DNA of 32,000 bases from Pseudothioglobus sp. nBUS_23 (GTDB lineage Bacteria > Pseudomonadota > Gammaproteobacteria > PS1 > Pseudothioglobaceae). Below are positions 17,212 to 25,775 of the stretch, piece after piece; position 1 is the first letter of the stretch; each line of letters opens with the position of its first letter. Location of the stretch: positions 780,001-812,000 of the forward strand of contig NZ_CP179200.1 in assembly GCF_051201565.1 (NCBI RefSeq), read 5' to 3'. The notes beneath the pieces are model-generated. The model worked only from the letters and a program-made list of their open reading frames with translations, was not told where the DNA came from and ran no database searches. Both the position numbers and the translations under genes were made by a program.

Positions 17212-18576
17212 ATGAGCTCTAAAACTCAATCAATAGTTTGGATCAAAAAGCCTTTGGCAGTCTTCGCAGAGAATGCTGAAGTGGGTGTCGTTATTCAAGG
17301 TGAAAAAATCTTAGAATTGGTGCCGCAAGGTCAAAGCCCTAAAAGTCAAATTGATGAGGTTTATGATGCTAGTGACAGTGTTTTGCTTCCTGGACTCATC
17401 AATACGCATCACCACTTTTATCAGACTCTTACTAGAGCTTACCCTGAGGCATTAAATAAAGAGCTTTTTCCATGGCTCAAGAGTCTTTACAAGGTCTGGG
17501 CAAATATTCAACCTGAAATGATCTCAGTATCAACTGAACTAGCATTATCAGAGCTCTTGTTGTCGGGTTGCACTACAGCAAGTGACCATCATTATCTTTT
17601 CCCAAGTCAGCTTGAAAGCGCTATTGATATTCAGGTTGAGGAAGCTAAAAAATTAGGAATGCGAGTTGTTTTGACGAGAGGCTCCATGAGTCTGGGTGAG
17701 AAAGATGGAGGTTTGCCTCCCCAGTCTGTTGTTCAAACTAAAGAGCAAATTCTATCTGATAGTGAGCGTCTCATTAAAACTCATCATGACAAAAGTGATG
17801 GCGCAATGATTCAAATAGCTCTTGCTCCATGCTCTCCTTTTTCAGTAAGCACTGACTTAATGATTGAAACTGCTGAGCTTGCAAAGCAGCATGATGTTAG
17901 GCTTCATACTCATCTTGCAGAGACGATAGATGAAGAAAATTTTTGTTTAGAAAAATTTGGACTAAGAACCGTTGACTACCTTGAAAGTGTGGGATGGTTG
18001 TCTGATCAAACTTGGCTAGCTCATGGCATACATTTTAATAAAGAAGAGATACAAAAATTAGGCCAGGCGGGTGTTGGTATTTGCCACTGTCCAACCTCTA
18101 ATATGATGCTGGCTTCTGGTATATGCCATAGCCTCGAGCTTGAAGAAGCTGGCTCTATTATTGGTCTTGGTGTAGATGGTTCTGCCTCGAATGATGGCTC
18201 TAATATGATTGCTGAGTTGAGACAAGCAATGTATTTACAGCGACTTCGTTATGGCGCATCTAAGATTACCCACCAAAAGGCTTATCATTGGGCTACTAAA
18301 GGCTCTGCTGCGCTTCTGGGAAGAAATGATATTGGTGAGATTGCAGTGGGTAAACAGGCAGATTTAGCACTATTTAAGCTTGATGAAATGAGGTTTTCCG
18401 GTAGTCATGATGCTTTAGCGGCGTTACTACTTTGTGGTGCACAAAAGGCAGATAGGGTTATGGTTGCTGGAAACTGGAAGGTTGTTGATGGTTGTATTGT
18501 TGGTCAAGATAGTTCCGAATTAATTAGTCGTCATAGCGATGCAGCTAAGCAATTACGCCAGCTGTCGAGCATATAA
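17212..18576 (+). CDS. Amidohydrolase-superfamily deaminase (8-oxoguanine deaminase / isoxanthopterin deaminase / AtzB-like, COG0402)
   Basis: 454 aa with the metal-binding motif LLPGLINTHHHFYQTLTRA, plus HTHLAET, AHGIHF and GLGVDGSASND. The N-terminal WIKKPLAVFAENAE resembles 8-oxoguanine deaminase-type proteins. Confidence 0.8.
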   Translation: MSSKTQSIVWIKKPLAVFAENAEVGVVIQGEKILELVPQGQSPKSQIDEVYDASDSVLLPGLINTHHHFYQTLTRAYPEALNKELFPWLKSLYKVWANIQPEMISVSTELALSELLLSGCTTASDHHYLFPSQLESAIDIQVEEAKKLGMRVVLTRGSMSLGEKDGGLPPQSVVQTKEQILSDSERLIKTHHDKSDGAMIQIALAPCSPFSVSTDLMIETAELAKQHDVRLHTHLAETIDEENFCLEKFGLRTVDYLESVGWLSDQTWLAHGIHFNKEEIQKLGQAGVGICHCPTSNMMLASGICHSLELEEAGSIIGLGVDGSASNDGSNMIAELRQAMYLQRLRYGASKITHQKAYHWATKGSAALLGRNDIGEIAVGKQADLALFKLDEMRFSGSHDALAALLLCGAQKADRVMVAGNWKVVDGCIVGQDSSELISRHSDAAKQLRQLSSI

Positions 18577-18596
18577 CTTTTTTCTTAAAGTGGTCA

Positions 18597-18625
18597 TTGA
18601 CTTGCCATATGGAGTTATTTATAAT
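18597..18625 (+). promoter_or_regulatory. Near-consensus sigma70 promoter of the umuDC operon
   Basis: TTGACT (18597-18602), an exactly 17-nt spacer, then TATAAT (18620-18625), located 37 nt upstream of the umuD-like ATG. Confidence 0.6.
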
Positions 18626-18628
18626 CTA

Positions 18629-18657
18629 AACTTGAATATTGTTACATAAATCAAGTT
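18629..18657. promoter_or_regulatory. 29-bp imperfect palindrome overlapping the predicted transcription start; candidate repressor operator (non-canonical SOS box)
   Basis: The sequence is AACTTGAATATTGTTACATAAATCAAGTT. The outer 7-bp arms AACTTGA/TCAAGTT are perfect, and 11 of 14 arm positions are complementary around the centre T at 18643. It lies between the -10 hexamer and the ATG at 18662. Confidence 0.55.
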
Positions 18658-18661
18658 AGGT

Positions 18662-19243
18662 ATGAATACAGCAAATCATGGAGGCGCCAGGAAGGGTGCT
18701 GGCCGAAAAAAAAATTCAGGTAGCTTTAAGGAAGAAACTAAGGTTATTAGGGTTCCTGTTAGCCTCGTTAATACTATCAACCCTGTTATTGAGATCTATA
18801 AGTCTCAGGTTAAATCAGATGTCGAAGTTCTTTTGGCTAATGACAATCCAACTGAATTGTCGATCCCAATTTTTACCTCTAGGGTCCAGGCAGGTTTTCC
18901 TTCTCCGGCGGATGACCATTTGGAGGATACGCTTGATTTGAATACACATTTAATTCACCATAAGGAGGCTACATTTTTTGTAAAGGCTCAAGGTGATTCG
19001 ATGATAGGGGCGGGTATTCAACAAGGGGATATTTTGATAGTTGATAAATCTCTAACTGCTAAAAGTGGCAAGATAGTGATTGCAGTTGTCGATGGTGAGT
19101 TTACTGTTAAGCGTCTTCATAAGTACAAAGGAAGCATAACTCTTAAGGCTGAAAACCCTGACTTTAAAGATATCAAGATTGGAGGTGATGACGAACTGAT
19201 TATATGGGGTGTTGTGACATCAGTCATCCATCAATATGAATAA
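18662..19243 (+). CDS. umuD: UmuD-like S24 autopeptidase subunit of DNA polymerase V, with a ~50-aa basic N-terminal extension (UmuDAb-like)
   Basis: 193 aa. The C-terminal 120 aa align by eye with E. coli UmuD: cleavage-site region [11 protein letters not shown] (Ala77-Gly78), catalytic Ser in [11 protein letters not shown], and Lys in DGEFTVKRL. The N-terminal arm is 77 aa, versus 24 aa in E. coli as I recall it. It begins [30 protein letters not shown]. Confidence 0.9.
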   Translation: MNTANHGGARKGAGRKKNSGSFKEETKVIRVPVSLVNTINPVIEIYKSQVKSDVEVLLANDNPTELSIPIFTSRVQAGFPSPADDHLEDTLDLNTHLIHHKEATFFVKAQGDSMIGAGIQQGDILIVDKSLTAKSGKIVIAVVDGEFTVKRLHKYKGSITLKAENPDFKDIKIGGDDELIIWGVVTSVIHQYE

Positions 19244-20516
19244 TAAGACTAAGTTTGCATTAGTCGACTGTAATAATTTCTATGCCTCCTGTGAAAGGGT
19301 GTTTGAGCCTAAATTAGAGGGAAGGCCCATAGTTGTGCTCTCTAATAATGATGGCTGCATTATTGCGCGCTCTAATGAAGCCAAAGCTCTAGGTATTAAA
19401 ATGGGAGCACCTTTTTTTAAAGTCAAAGACCTAGTTGCTAAGAATGATGTTGTAGTTAAGTCTTCAAACTACCCTTTGTATGGAGATATGTCTTCTAGAG
19501 TCATGAAGATTATTGGAGAATATTCACCTGTTCAAGAGGTTTATTCTATTGATGAAAGTTTTATCGATTTAGAAAAACTTCCATTTAACTTAATGAGTCA
19601 TATGCAGTCTTTAAGGCGGCGCGTCAAAAGCTGGACAGGAATTCCGGTGTGTGTCGGCGTTGGAAGCACTAAGGTTTTGGCAAAGCTCGCCAATCGTATT
19701 GCTAAAAAGTACCCAAGATTTGATGGCGTTTTTGATATAGATGAATTACCATATGAGAGGTATTGCAAGCTACTACAGTCTGTTGAAGTAGGTGATTTAT
19801 GGGGCGTAGGAAGACAAAGCGCTAAAAAACTAAACCGTATTGGAGTTCATAACAGCTATGATTTTTATCAATCTGACGTTGGTGTTATTGAAACCCTTCT
19901 TGGTGTTAATGGCAAAAGAATTCATCAAGAGCTTTACGGCAAATCATGCATTCCTATCGAGTCTATTCCTCCAATAAGAAAACAGATTGTCTCTTCCCGT
20001 TCTTTTGGGTGTGATTTAAAAGACTTTGATGAGTTAAATCAGGCGCTCACTAATCTCACTAGAAAGGCCGTTAATAAACTAAATAACCATAAGCTTTCAA
20101 CGACAACTATTACTGTTTTTATTTATACAAATCCGCATAAGAAAGATAAGCCCTGTGTCCACCTATCAAAAACTATAGGGATGACAAGTGCCATTCAAGA
20201 CCAGTCTCAAATTATTCCCTTAGTATCAGAAGTACTAAGACTCATTTATAAGCCTGGATATTCTTTCTATAAAGGAGGTTTAGTGCTCGGAAATTTAGCT
20301 AAAAATTATCAGCAACAAGATCTCTTTTCAATGAATCAAAATAGCCCAACTCAGATAATGGAGCGTAAAAAATCTAATACGATCAGAAGTGTAAATAATC
20401 GGTTTAATGAGTCAATCAAGTATGCCAGTGAGCTAGGTAATAATAGATGGCTCCCAAGAGCTGACTTTAGATCAAGCAGATATACAACCAGATGGAGTGA
20501 GTTATTGGTGATTTAA
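19236..20516 (+). CDS. umuC: Y-family translesion DNA polymerase V catalytic subunit
   Basis: 426 aa. [51 protein letters not shown] and [10 protein letters not shown] are canonical UmuC motifs. The start overlaps the umuD-like stop by 8 nt. Confidence 0.93.
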   Translation: MNNKTKFALVDCNNFYASCERVFEPKLEGRPIVVLSNNDGCIIARSNEAKALGIKMGAPFFKVKDLVAKNDVVVKSSNYPLYGDMSSRVMKIIGEYSPVQEVYSIDESFIDLEKLPFNLMSHMQSLRRRVKSWTGIPVCVGVGSTKVLAKLANRIAKKYPRFDGVFDIDELPYERYCKLLQSVEVGDLWGVGRQSAKKLNRIGVHNSYDFYQSDVGVIETLLGVNGKRIHQELYGKSCIPIESIPPIRKQIVSSRSFGCDLKDFDELNQALTNLTRKAVNKLNNHKLSTTTITVFIYTNPHKKDKPCVHLSKTIGMTSAIQDQSQIIPLVSEVLRLIYKPGYSFYKGGLVLGNLAKNYQQQDLFSMNQNSPTQIMERKKSNTIRSVNNRFNESIKYASELGNNRWLPRADFRSSRYTTRWSELLVI

Positions 20517-20687
20517 GAATTAAAAATATTAAACAAATTAATAAGTGATATATAATTAATACAAACTTAAATCCAACGTTGGCTTTGAGTTCTGACAATG
20601 ACGTTTATTTGGGGATTTGCCTGGATAAGCGTTTTTTTTCGTCAAAAAAGGTGGGATTAAAATTTTTTAATTATAAGGAGAAGTCAA

Positions 20688-20972
20688 ATGGTACGCATGT
20701 TGGTAACGATTAATATATCTAAGGGCTGGAAAACTTGGTCTGAAATGGCAAAAAGCCTAGAGCCTCAGATGAATGAGCAAGGAGCAAAGATGATTTGGGC
20801 AGGAGCAAATCCGGACGAAACAGCCGTCTTTGTATTGGCTGAGGCGAAGGATCCATCGTTTGTTAAAACTTTTGGAGAGAGACCCGATATTGTTGAGATT
20901 AGAGAGGCGGGTGGTGCTGATGTTTCATCAACAACTGTTATGACACAAATAGGTGAATATTTCTTACCGTAA
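20688..20972 (+). CDS. Small conserved-looking hypothetical protein (94 aa)
   Basis: A good SD sequence (AAGGAG at 20674-20679) precedes the ATG at 20688. The ORF has coding-like composition and is followed by a strong hairpin terminator. I recognise no motif with confidence. An opposite-strand 82-aa ORF (20765-21013) overlaps it and is judged spurious. Confidence 0.6.
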   Translation: MVRMLVTINISKGWKTWSEMAKSLEPQMNEQGAKMIWAGANPDETAVFVLAEAKDPSFVKTFGERPDIVEIREAGGADVSSTTVMTQIGEYFLP

Positions 20973-20990
20973 TACTTTAAATAAAGAAAT

Positions 20991-21020
20991 AAAAATGATC
21001 TCTCTGAGGTCATTTTTATT
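20991..21020 (+). terminator. Rho-independent terminator (potentially bidirectional)
   Basis: AAAAATGATCTC (20991-21002) pairs with GAGGTCATTTTT (21006-21017), giving a 12-bp stem (one G-U pair) and a 3-nt loop, followed by ATT. The A-tract upstream and T-tract downstream would allow function on both strands. Confidence 0.6.
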
Positions 21021-21086
21021 TAACTAAATTGCATATATATTGTCATTGTCTATAATAGACGGATTTTCGGGGGGAAAAATTAGGCA

Positions 21087-21752
21087 ATGAAACAGCTTGC
21101 AATCATCGATGACGATCCAGAAATTCTAAAGCTTTTAGAGCAGTATCTGACTAAAAATGGATTTGAAGTTAGAGCTTTTACTGATGGCGAAAGTTTTTTA
21201 AAGGCAGATGAAAGCGACTTCAGTTTAATTGTTTTGGATATAGGACTTCCGGGTATCGATGGACTGGAGGTTTGCAAAAGGGTACGCCAAAAATCAAATA
21301 TTCCTATCATTATGTTGACTGCCGCGAGTGACGATCTTGATAGAATATTGGGCTTGGAACTGGGTTCTGATGACTACATGGGGAAACCCTTTAACCCTAG
21401 AGAACTTCTTGCAAGAATCAAAGCTCTATTGAGACGCTCCGAAATAAAAGAAGAGGATGTTGATAACAACATAGTGATGAACTATGCTGCCAGAAGTGCT
21501 TTTATAGGTGGCCAAGAGTTAGAGCTTACTGGAACAGAATTTGATCTGCTCTGCGTTTTTCATAAACAAATTGGAACAGTCCTGAGTAGAGATGAGATTG
21601 GAGAGTTGCTTCATGGAAGAAAAATAGACCCTTTGGACCGTTCGATTGATACAATTGTGAGTAGATTAAGACATAAATTAAGTGCTCATTTTGATGGGGA
21701 AATTATCCAAAGTGTTAGAGGAAAGGGTTATGTCCTCCTCCTAAAAAGTTAA
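21087..21752 (+). CDS. OmpR/PhoB-family response regulator
   Basis: 221 aa. The receiver domain has DDDPE, the phospho-acceptor context LIVLDIGLPGIDG and KPF. The C-terminal winged helix has LTGTEFDLL and RGKGYVL. Confidence 0.92.
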   Translation: MKQLAIIDDDPEILKLLEQYLTKNGFEVRAFTDGESFLKADESDFSLIVLDIGLPGIDGLEVCKRVRQKSNIPIIMLTAASDDLDRILGLELGSDDYMGKPFNPRELLARIKALLRRSEIKEEDVDNNIVMNYAARSAFIGGQELELTGTEFDLLCVFHKQIGTVLSRDEIGELLHGRKIDPLDRSIDTIVSRLRHKLSAHFDGEIIQSVRGKGYVLLLKS

Positions 21753-21757
21753 GAATA

Positions 21758-23200
21758 GTGCTTAACTTTATATCCCATTTTATGCCTACAACTGTCGTTG
21801 GAAGAATGACATCGGTTTTATTTGTAGGGATCTTTTTAGCTCAAATACTTGGTGCTTGGCTCTGGGTTGGGCAACTCCAAACTTCAGAAAGAGAGAGGAT
21901 GATAGAGGTCTCTCAGGCTATGGGTGCACGAATTGCACAGACAGTTAAATTCTTTGAGGAGCTTCCAAAAGAATATCGACATATTGTTCTTGACCAGCTT
22001 AGGGATATGGGTGGAACTCGCTTCTTTGTATCTGTCAATAAACAATACATCGATCTTATTCCAATTCAAGAATCTCAGTTCTCTACTTTGGTTCGAAACA
22101 ATTTAGAGAAGAGTATGGCAGCTCAGATTGGCCAAATCGATAGCATGGAGATAGTTTTTGTAGATTTTGATAACCTAAAAATACTAACTGGAGATAACTT
22201 GATGGTTTCTCTTTCGCCCGAGTGGAAAAGATTTTCCCTTTTAGAGCCCGGTGATAAGAGTCCTTTTGTAGTCATTCAGTTTCCAGTGGACGAAGATGAG
22301 TGGATGTATTTGACCACAGTGGTTCCAAATGGCGAATTATTGTTGGGTATTGACTGGATTAATGGAGAGAGGATATTCAACCTTTTAGCAGTTTCATTAA
22401 CGATCCTTCTTCTTACCTTCTTATTTGTCAGATGGCTTGTAACGCCACTGAAAACTCTAGCTCACCAGGCCGATCTTTTAGGTAAGGGCCGTAATCCGCG
22501 TCAAATGGAAGAAAAAGGATCTAAAGAGATGGTGGCAACGATTGGTGCCTTTAATTCAATGGCTAGACGAATCCAAAAATTTATTGCTGAACGAGAAAGA
22601 TCTTTCGCAGCAATATCTCACGACTTAAAAACACCGTTAACGAGAGCTCGACTCAGGGTTGAACAAATTGAGGATAGTCCAGTAAAAGAGGATTTAATTG
22701 GCGACTTGGATTATCTAGAGACGATGGTTAAAGGAAGTTTAAAAATTATGACTGATGGTATTGAGCATGAAAATACTTCCACTATAGAGCTCACAACTCT
22801 TTTAGCATCAATATTAAAAAAGGAAGAAATAAAAGGCCTTCCAATAAAAATTGATTTTAAAAGGACTATCTCAATGAAAGGAAGAGCGTTGGCAATCGAG
22901 CGCCTGTTCTCAAACTTAATCAATAACGCACTAACCTACGGAAAGAGTGTTGAGGTTACTGGTCAAAAAAAGAAAACTGGAATCTATATCCAAATTAAAG
23001 ACAAAGGACCAGGCTTAACTGACAATGAGAAAGAAAAAGTATTTAAGCCATACTATCGAATTGATCATGAATTAAGCGAAAACCATTCAGGCCTTGGTCT
23101 TGGTATTGCAAGAAGTATAGCTAATATTCACGGTGGTGAGCTAGAGCTTCGTGACCGTTCAGGTGGCGGGCTAGTGGTTGAAGTGTACTTTCCAGTCTAA
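21758..23200 (+). CDS. Sensor histidine kinase (EnvZ/RstB-like; two TM segments, periplasmic domain, HAMP, HisKA, HATPase_c)
   Basis: 480 aa from the GTG at 21758; an alternative ATG start is at 21782. It has the H-box FAAISHDLKTPLT, N-box LINNALTYG, G1 box KDKGPGL and G2 box GLGLGIA. Confidence 0.9.
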   Translation: MLNFISHFMPTTVVGRMTSVLFVGIFLAQILGAWLWVGQLQTSERERMIEVSQAMGARIAQTVKFFEELPKEYRHIVLDQLRDMGGTRFFVSVNKQYIDLIPIQESQFSTLVRNNLEKSMAAQIGQIDSMEIVFVDFDNLKILTGDNLMVSLSPEWKRFSLLEPGDKSPFVVIQFPVDEDEWMYLTTVVPNGELLLGIDWINGERIFNLLAVSLTILLLTFLFVRWLVTPLKTLAHQADLLGKGRNPRQMEEKGSKEMVATIGAFNSMARRIQKFIAERERSFAAISHDLKTPLTRARLRVEQIEDSPVKEDLIGDLDYLETMVKGSLKIMTDGIEHENTSTIELTTLLASILKKEEIKGLPIKIDFKRTISMKGRALAIERLFSNLINNALTYGKSVEVTGQKKKTGIYIQIKDKGPGLTDNEKEKVFKPYYRIDHELSENHSGLGLGIARSIANIHGGELELRDRSGGGLVVEVYFPV

Positions 23201-24390
23201 TGAATTCAGAAAGATACCCAACCTTTAAAGACAAAGATTTCCTAATCAATCATGCTAAATCAATTATGGATTTTTATCATCCCATTTGTATTGATAAAGA
23301 AATTGGGGGTTTTTTTCATCATTTTAGAGATGATGGGAGTATTTATAACTCTAGTACAAGGCATTTGGTAAGTAGTACAAGATTTATTTTTAACTACTCA
23401 ATGGCAAGTATCTACCTAAAAAATGATAAATATCTCAACATAATTAAGCACGGTATAGATTTTTTAAGAAAGTCGCATTTAGATAAAAAAACGGGAGGAT
23501 ATGCCTGGATTTTAGATAAAAATAAGGCATATGATTCAACTAACTATTGTTATGGACTGGCTTTTGTTTTATTGGCGTATTCGACTGCCTATAAGGCAGG
23601 AGTCCTTGAGGTTAAAGAATACATTCAAGAAACTTTTGATCTAATGGAAAGGCATTTTTGGGATAAAGATTTTGGCCTCTACTCTGACGAAATAAGCTCT
23701 GACTGGTCTGAATTATTAGATTACCGTGGGCAAAACGCAAATATGCACTCTTGTGAGGCTTTAATAGCAGCTTTTGAGGCTACAAAGAATAAGAAGTATC
23801 TCGATAGAGCTTTAATCATTGCTGATAACATTTGTAATAGGCAGGCTAAGCAAGCTGACGGCTTGATTTGGGAGCATTATGACTCAGATTGGAAGATTGA
23901 TTGGTCTTTTAATAAAGGTAAGCCAGATGATTTATTTAGACCATGGGGTTTTCAAGTAGGGCATTTAACCGAGTGGTCTAAATTACTCTTGATACTTGAA
24001 AGGCATGTAACCGAAGACTGGCTTCTTCCAAGGGCTATAGAGCTGTTTGAAGATGCAGTTGAAATGGGTTGGGATGAAAAAAATCAAGGACTATATTATG
24101 GATTTGCTCCTAATGGAGATGTCTGTGACTCAGATAAATATTTTTGGGTCCAGGCAGAGTCTATAGCAGCTGCAGCTTTATTAGCAAAACGAACTAAGAA
24201 TAATACATACTGGGATTGGTATGAAAGGATATGGAGCTTCAGTTGGAAATATATGATAGACCACAACTATGGCGCTTGGTTCCGAATACTTGATCAGAAT
24301 AATGATAAGTATGACAATCTGAAAAGCCCTGCGGGCAAGACAGATTATCACACAATGGGGGCTTGTTATGAGGTCTTAAATTCTATTTAA
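23200..24390 (+). CDS. AGE-superfamily enzyme (N-acylglucosamine 2-epimerase / cellobiose 2-epimerase / YihS-type aldose-ketose isomerase fold)
   Basis: 396 aa. HLVSSTRFIFNYS, GQNANMHSCEALIAAFEAT, FQVGHLTEWSKLL, FWVQAESIAAAALL and TDYHTMGACYE reproduce the conserved Arg/His/Glu motifs of (alpha/alpha)6-barrel AGE enzymes. Its ATG shares one nucleotide with the kinase stop (TAATG, 23198-23202). Confidence 0.85.
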   Translation: MNSERYPTFKDKDFLINHAKSIMDFYHPICIDKEIGGFFHHFRDDGSIYNSSTRHLVSSTRFIFNYSMASIYLKNDKYLNIIKHGIDFLRKSHLDKKTGGYAWILDKNKAYDSTNYCYGLAFVLLAYSTAYKAGVLEVKEYIQETFDLMERHFWDKDFGLYSDEISSDWSELLDYRGQNANMHSCEALIAAFEATKNKKYLDRALIIADNICNRQAKQADGLIWEHYDSDWKIDWSFNKGKPDDLFRPWGFQVGHLTEWSKLLLILERHVTEDWLLPRAIELFEDAVEMGWDEKNQGLYYGFAPNGDVCDSDKYFWVQAESIAAAALLAKRTKNNTYWDWYERIWSFSWKYMIDHNYGAWFRILDQNNDKYDNLKSPAGKTDYHTMGACYEVLNSI

Positions 24391-25775
24391 GATGACTTCT
24401 TAATTAATGGAAGACCAATAGTAAGTGATGTTCCTTTTTTGTTTGAGTTTAAAGTTAAGTTGCCTTCATGGAGTTCGATAATAGTTTTTGCTATAGATAA
24501 ACCAAGACCACTTCCTTGACTTTTGGCTTCTGAATCATGAAAAAACCGATCAAAGACATTTGGCAGGAGTGATGGCTTGATTCCATTACCATCATCTTTA
24601 ATTTCAAGTTCAGCCAAGTTATTATCGGCTTTAAGGCTAACTTGAATCAAACCTCCATTTGGACAGCCATACAGTAGAGCATTATCAATAAGGTTGTCGA
24701 TTGCCTCACTTAAAAAAGTTTCACTGCCTTGAATAAATAATTTACTGTCTTTACAATCAAGAGAAAGGTATACATTCTGCTTGTCTGCCCTGAGGGCAAA
24801 TTTCGTTAACACTTCTTGAGTGAGTTTTACAAGATTAAGTCGTTTAAATTCTGATTTAATTGATCTTTGAGATATATGCTCCATAGATAATAATTGCTGA
24901 GTTAGTCTAGAGGTTTTTTTGGCTGCTTCTGCAACGTCCTTGACTCTTGATCTCATGCTTTCGAGATTTTTAGACCGCTCAGCCGCCTCAGCTTGGCTTT
25001 GAATACCAGCTATTGGATTCCTTAATTGATGTGCAGCATTAGCAATAAAGTCATCTTTCTCAGTAAAAGCTTGCCTCAATTGACTAAACAAACTATTCAT
25101 TGATTTCAGAAGGCTAGAAACTTCTGTTGGGACAGACCTCTTGATTTCACTAATATCATCTGCAGATCTTTTTCTGATAGCTGCCTGAAGCTCTAGAAGA
25201 GGCTGAAGTCCAAATTGAACACCAAACCAAACACATAATCCAGTTGAAAGAAGCATAATAAGCATTGTCACAAATGCATCACTAGCAAGCTCTAAAAGGA
25301 GCTCTTTTTGCCCAAGTCTAGTTTGCCATACATAAATATTGACCCATCCTGGAATATCTTTTGTAGAGATAAATTCTCTTGAAAAAATTACTCTTACATC
25401 CTGATCTCTGTAGATTGAATCATAATAAATTGGCTGATAAGGCTTAATATCAGTTTTTGTCGGTAATTCAGGTGGATTTGAGTAGCCAACAAATAGGGTA
25501 TTGGTTTCGTCTCTAACTTGATAAAAGATTTGGTCATTTAATGAATCGGTCAGAGTTTCTAAAAGCTGTTCAGTTAAGAGGTCACCATCTCTTAATACAG
25601 CGTCTCTTAGAATAACTTGAGAAATTGTATGAAGAAGGTTATCAAAGATTTCTTGAGACTTTTTTTGAGAGTCAAAATAGAGTGCTACCGTTCCTATTGA
25701 TACAATAATCAATAACGGAATTATGATTACAAAAAGCAGCCTACTTCTGAGTGAGAATGTATTATTTTCTCTCAT
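24387..25775 (-). CDS. tctE: Sensor histidine kinase, TctE/QseC-like
   Basis: 462 aa with two TM segments, the H-box FIANAAHQLRNPIAGI, N-box IDNLIDNALLYG, G1 box KDDGNGI and G2 box GSGLGLSIA. The symbol is assigned only from synteny (RR-HK pair divergent from tctCBA). Confidence 0.8.
   Translation of the reverse strand: MRENNTFSLRSRLLFVIIIPLLIIVSIGTVALYFDSQKKSQEIFDNLLHTISQVILRDAVLRDGDLLTEQLLETLTDSLNDQIFYQVRDETNTLFVGYSNPPELPTKTDIKPYQPIYYDSIYRDQDVRVIFSREFISTKDIPGWVNIYVWQTRLGQKELLLELASDAFVTMLIMLLSTGLCVWFGVQFGLQPLLELQAAIRKRSADDISEIKRSVPTEVSSLLKSMNSLFSQLRQAFTEKDDFIANAAHQLRNPIAGIQSQAEAAERSKNLESMRSRVKDVAEAAKKTSRLTQQLLSMEHISQRSIKSEFKRLNLVKLTQEVLTKFALRADKQNVYLSLDCKDSKLFIQGSETFLSEAIDNLIDNALLYGCPNGGLIQVSLKADNNLAELEIKDDGNGIKPSLLPNVFDRFFHDSEAKSQGSGLGLSIAKTIIELHEGNLTLNSNKKGTSLTIGLPLIKKSS

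Noticed and set aside
18577-18661. I looked for a canonical LexA/SOS box upstream of umuD: CTGT-N8-ACAG, GAAC-N4-GTTC or GTTC-N7-GTTC.
   Set aside because: None of these patterns is present. Only the AACTTGA..TCAAGTT palindrome, reported separately, was found.
20573-20582. Perfect 10-bp palindrome CCAACGTTGG downstream of umuC, considered as a terminator or recombination site.
   Set aside because: It has no loop and no T-tract, so it is not a terminator. It occurs once, has no flanking repeats and no nearby integrase or transposase. It may be just a restriction-type palindrome occurring by chance.
18577-20687. The umuDC segment as a mobile or horizontally acquired cassette.
   Set aside because: I could find no flanking direct or inverted repeats, no integrase, transposase or tRNA, and no obvious compositional break by eye.
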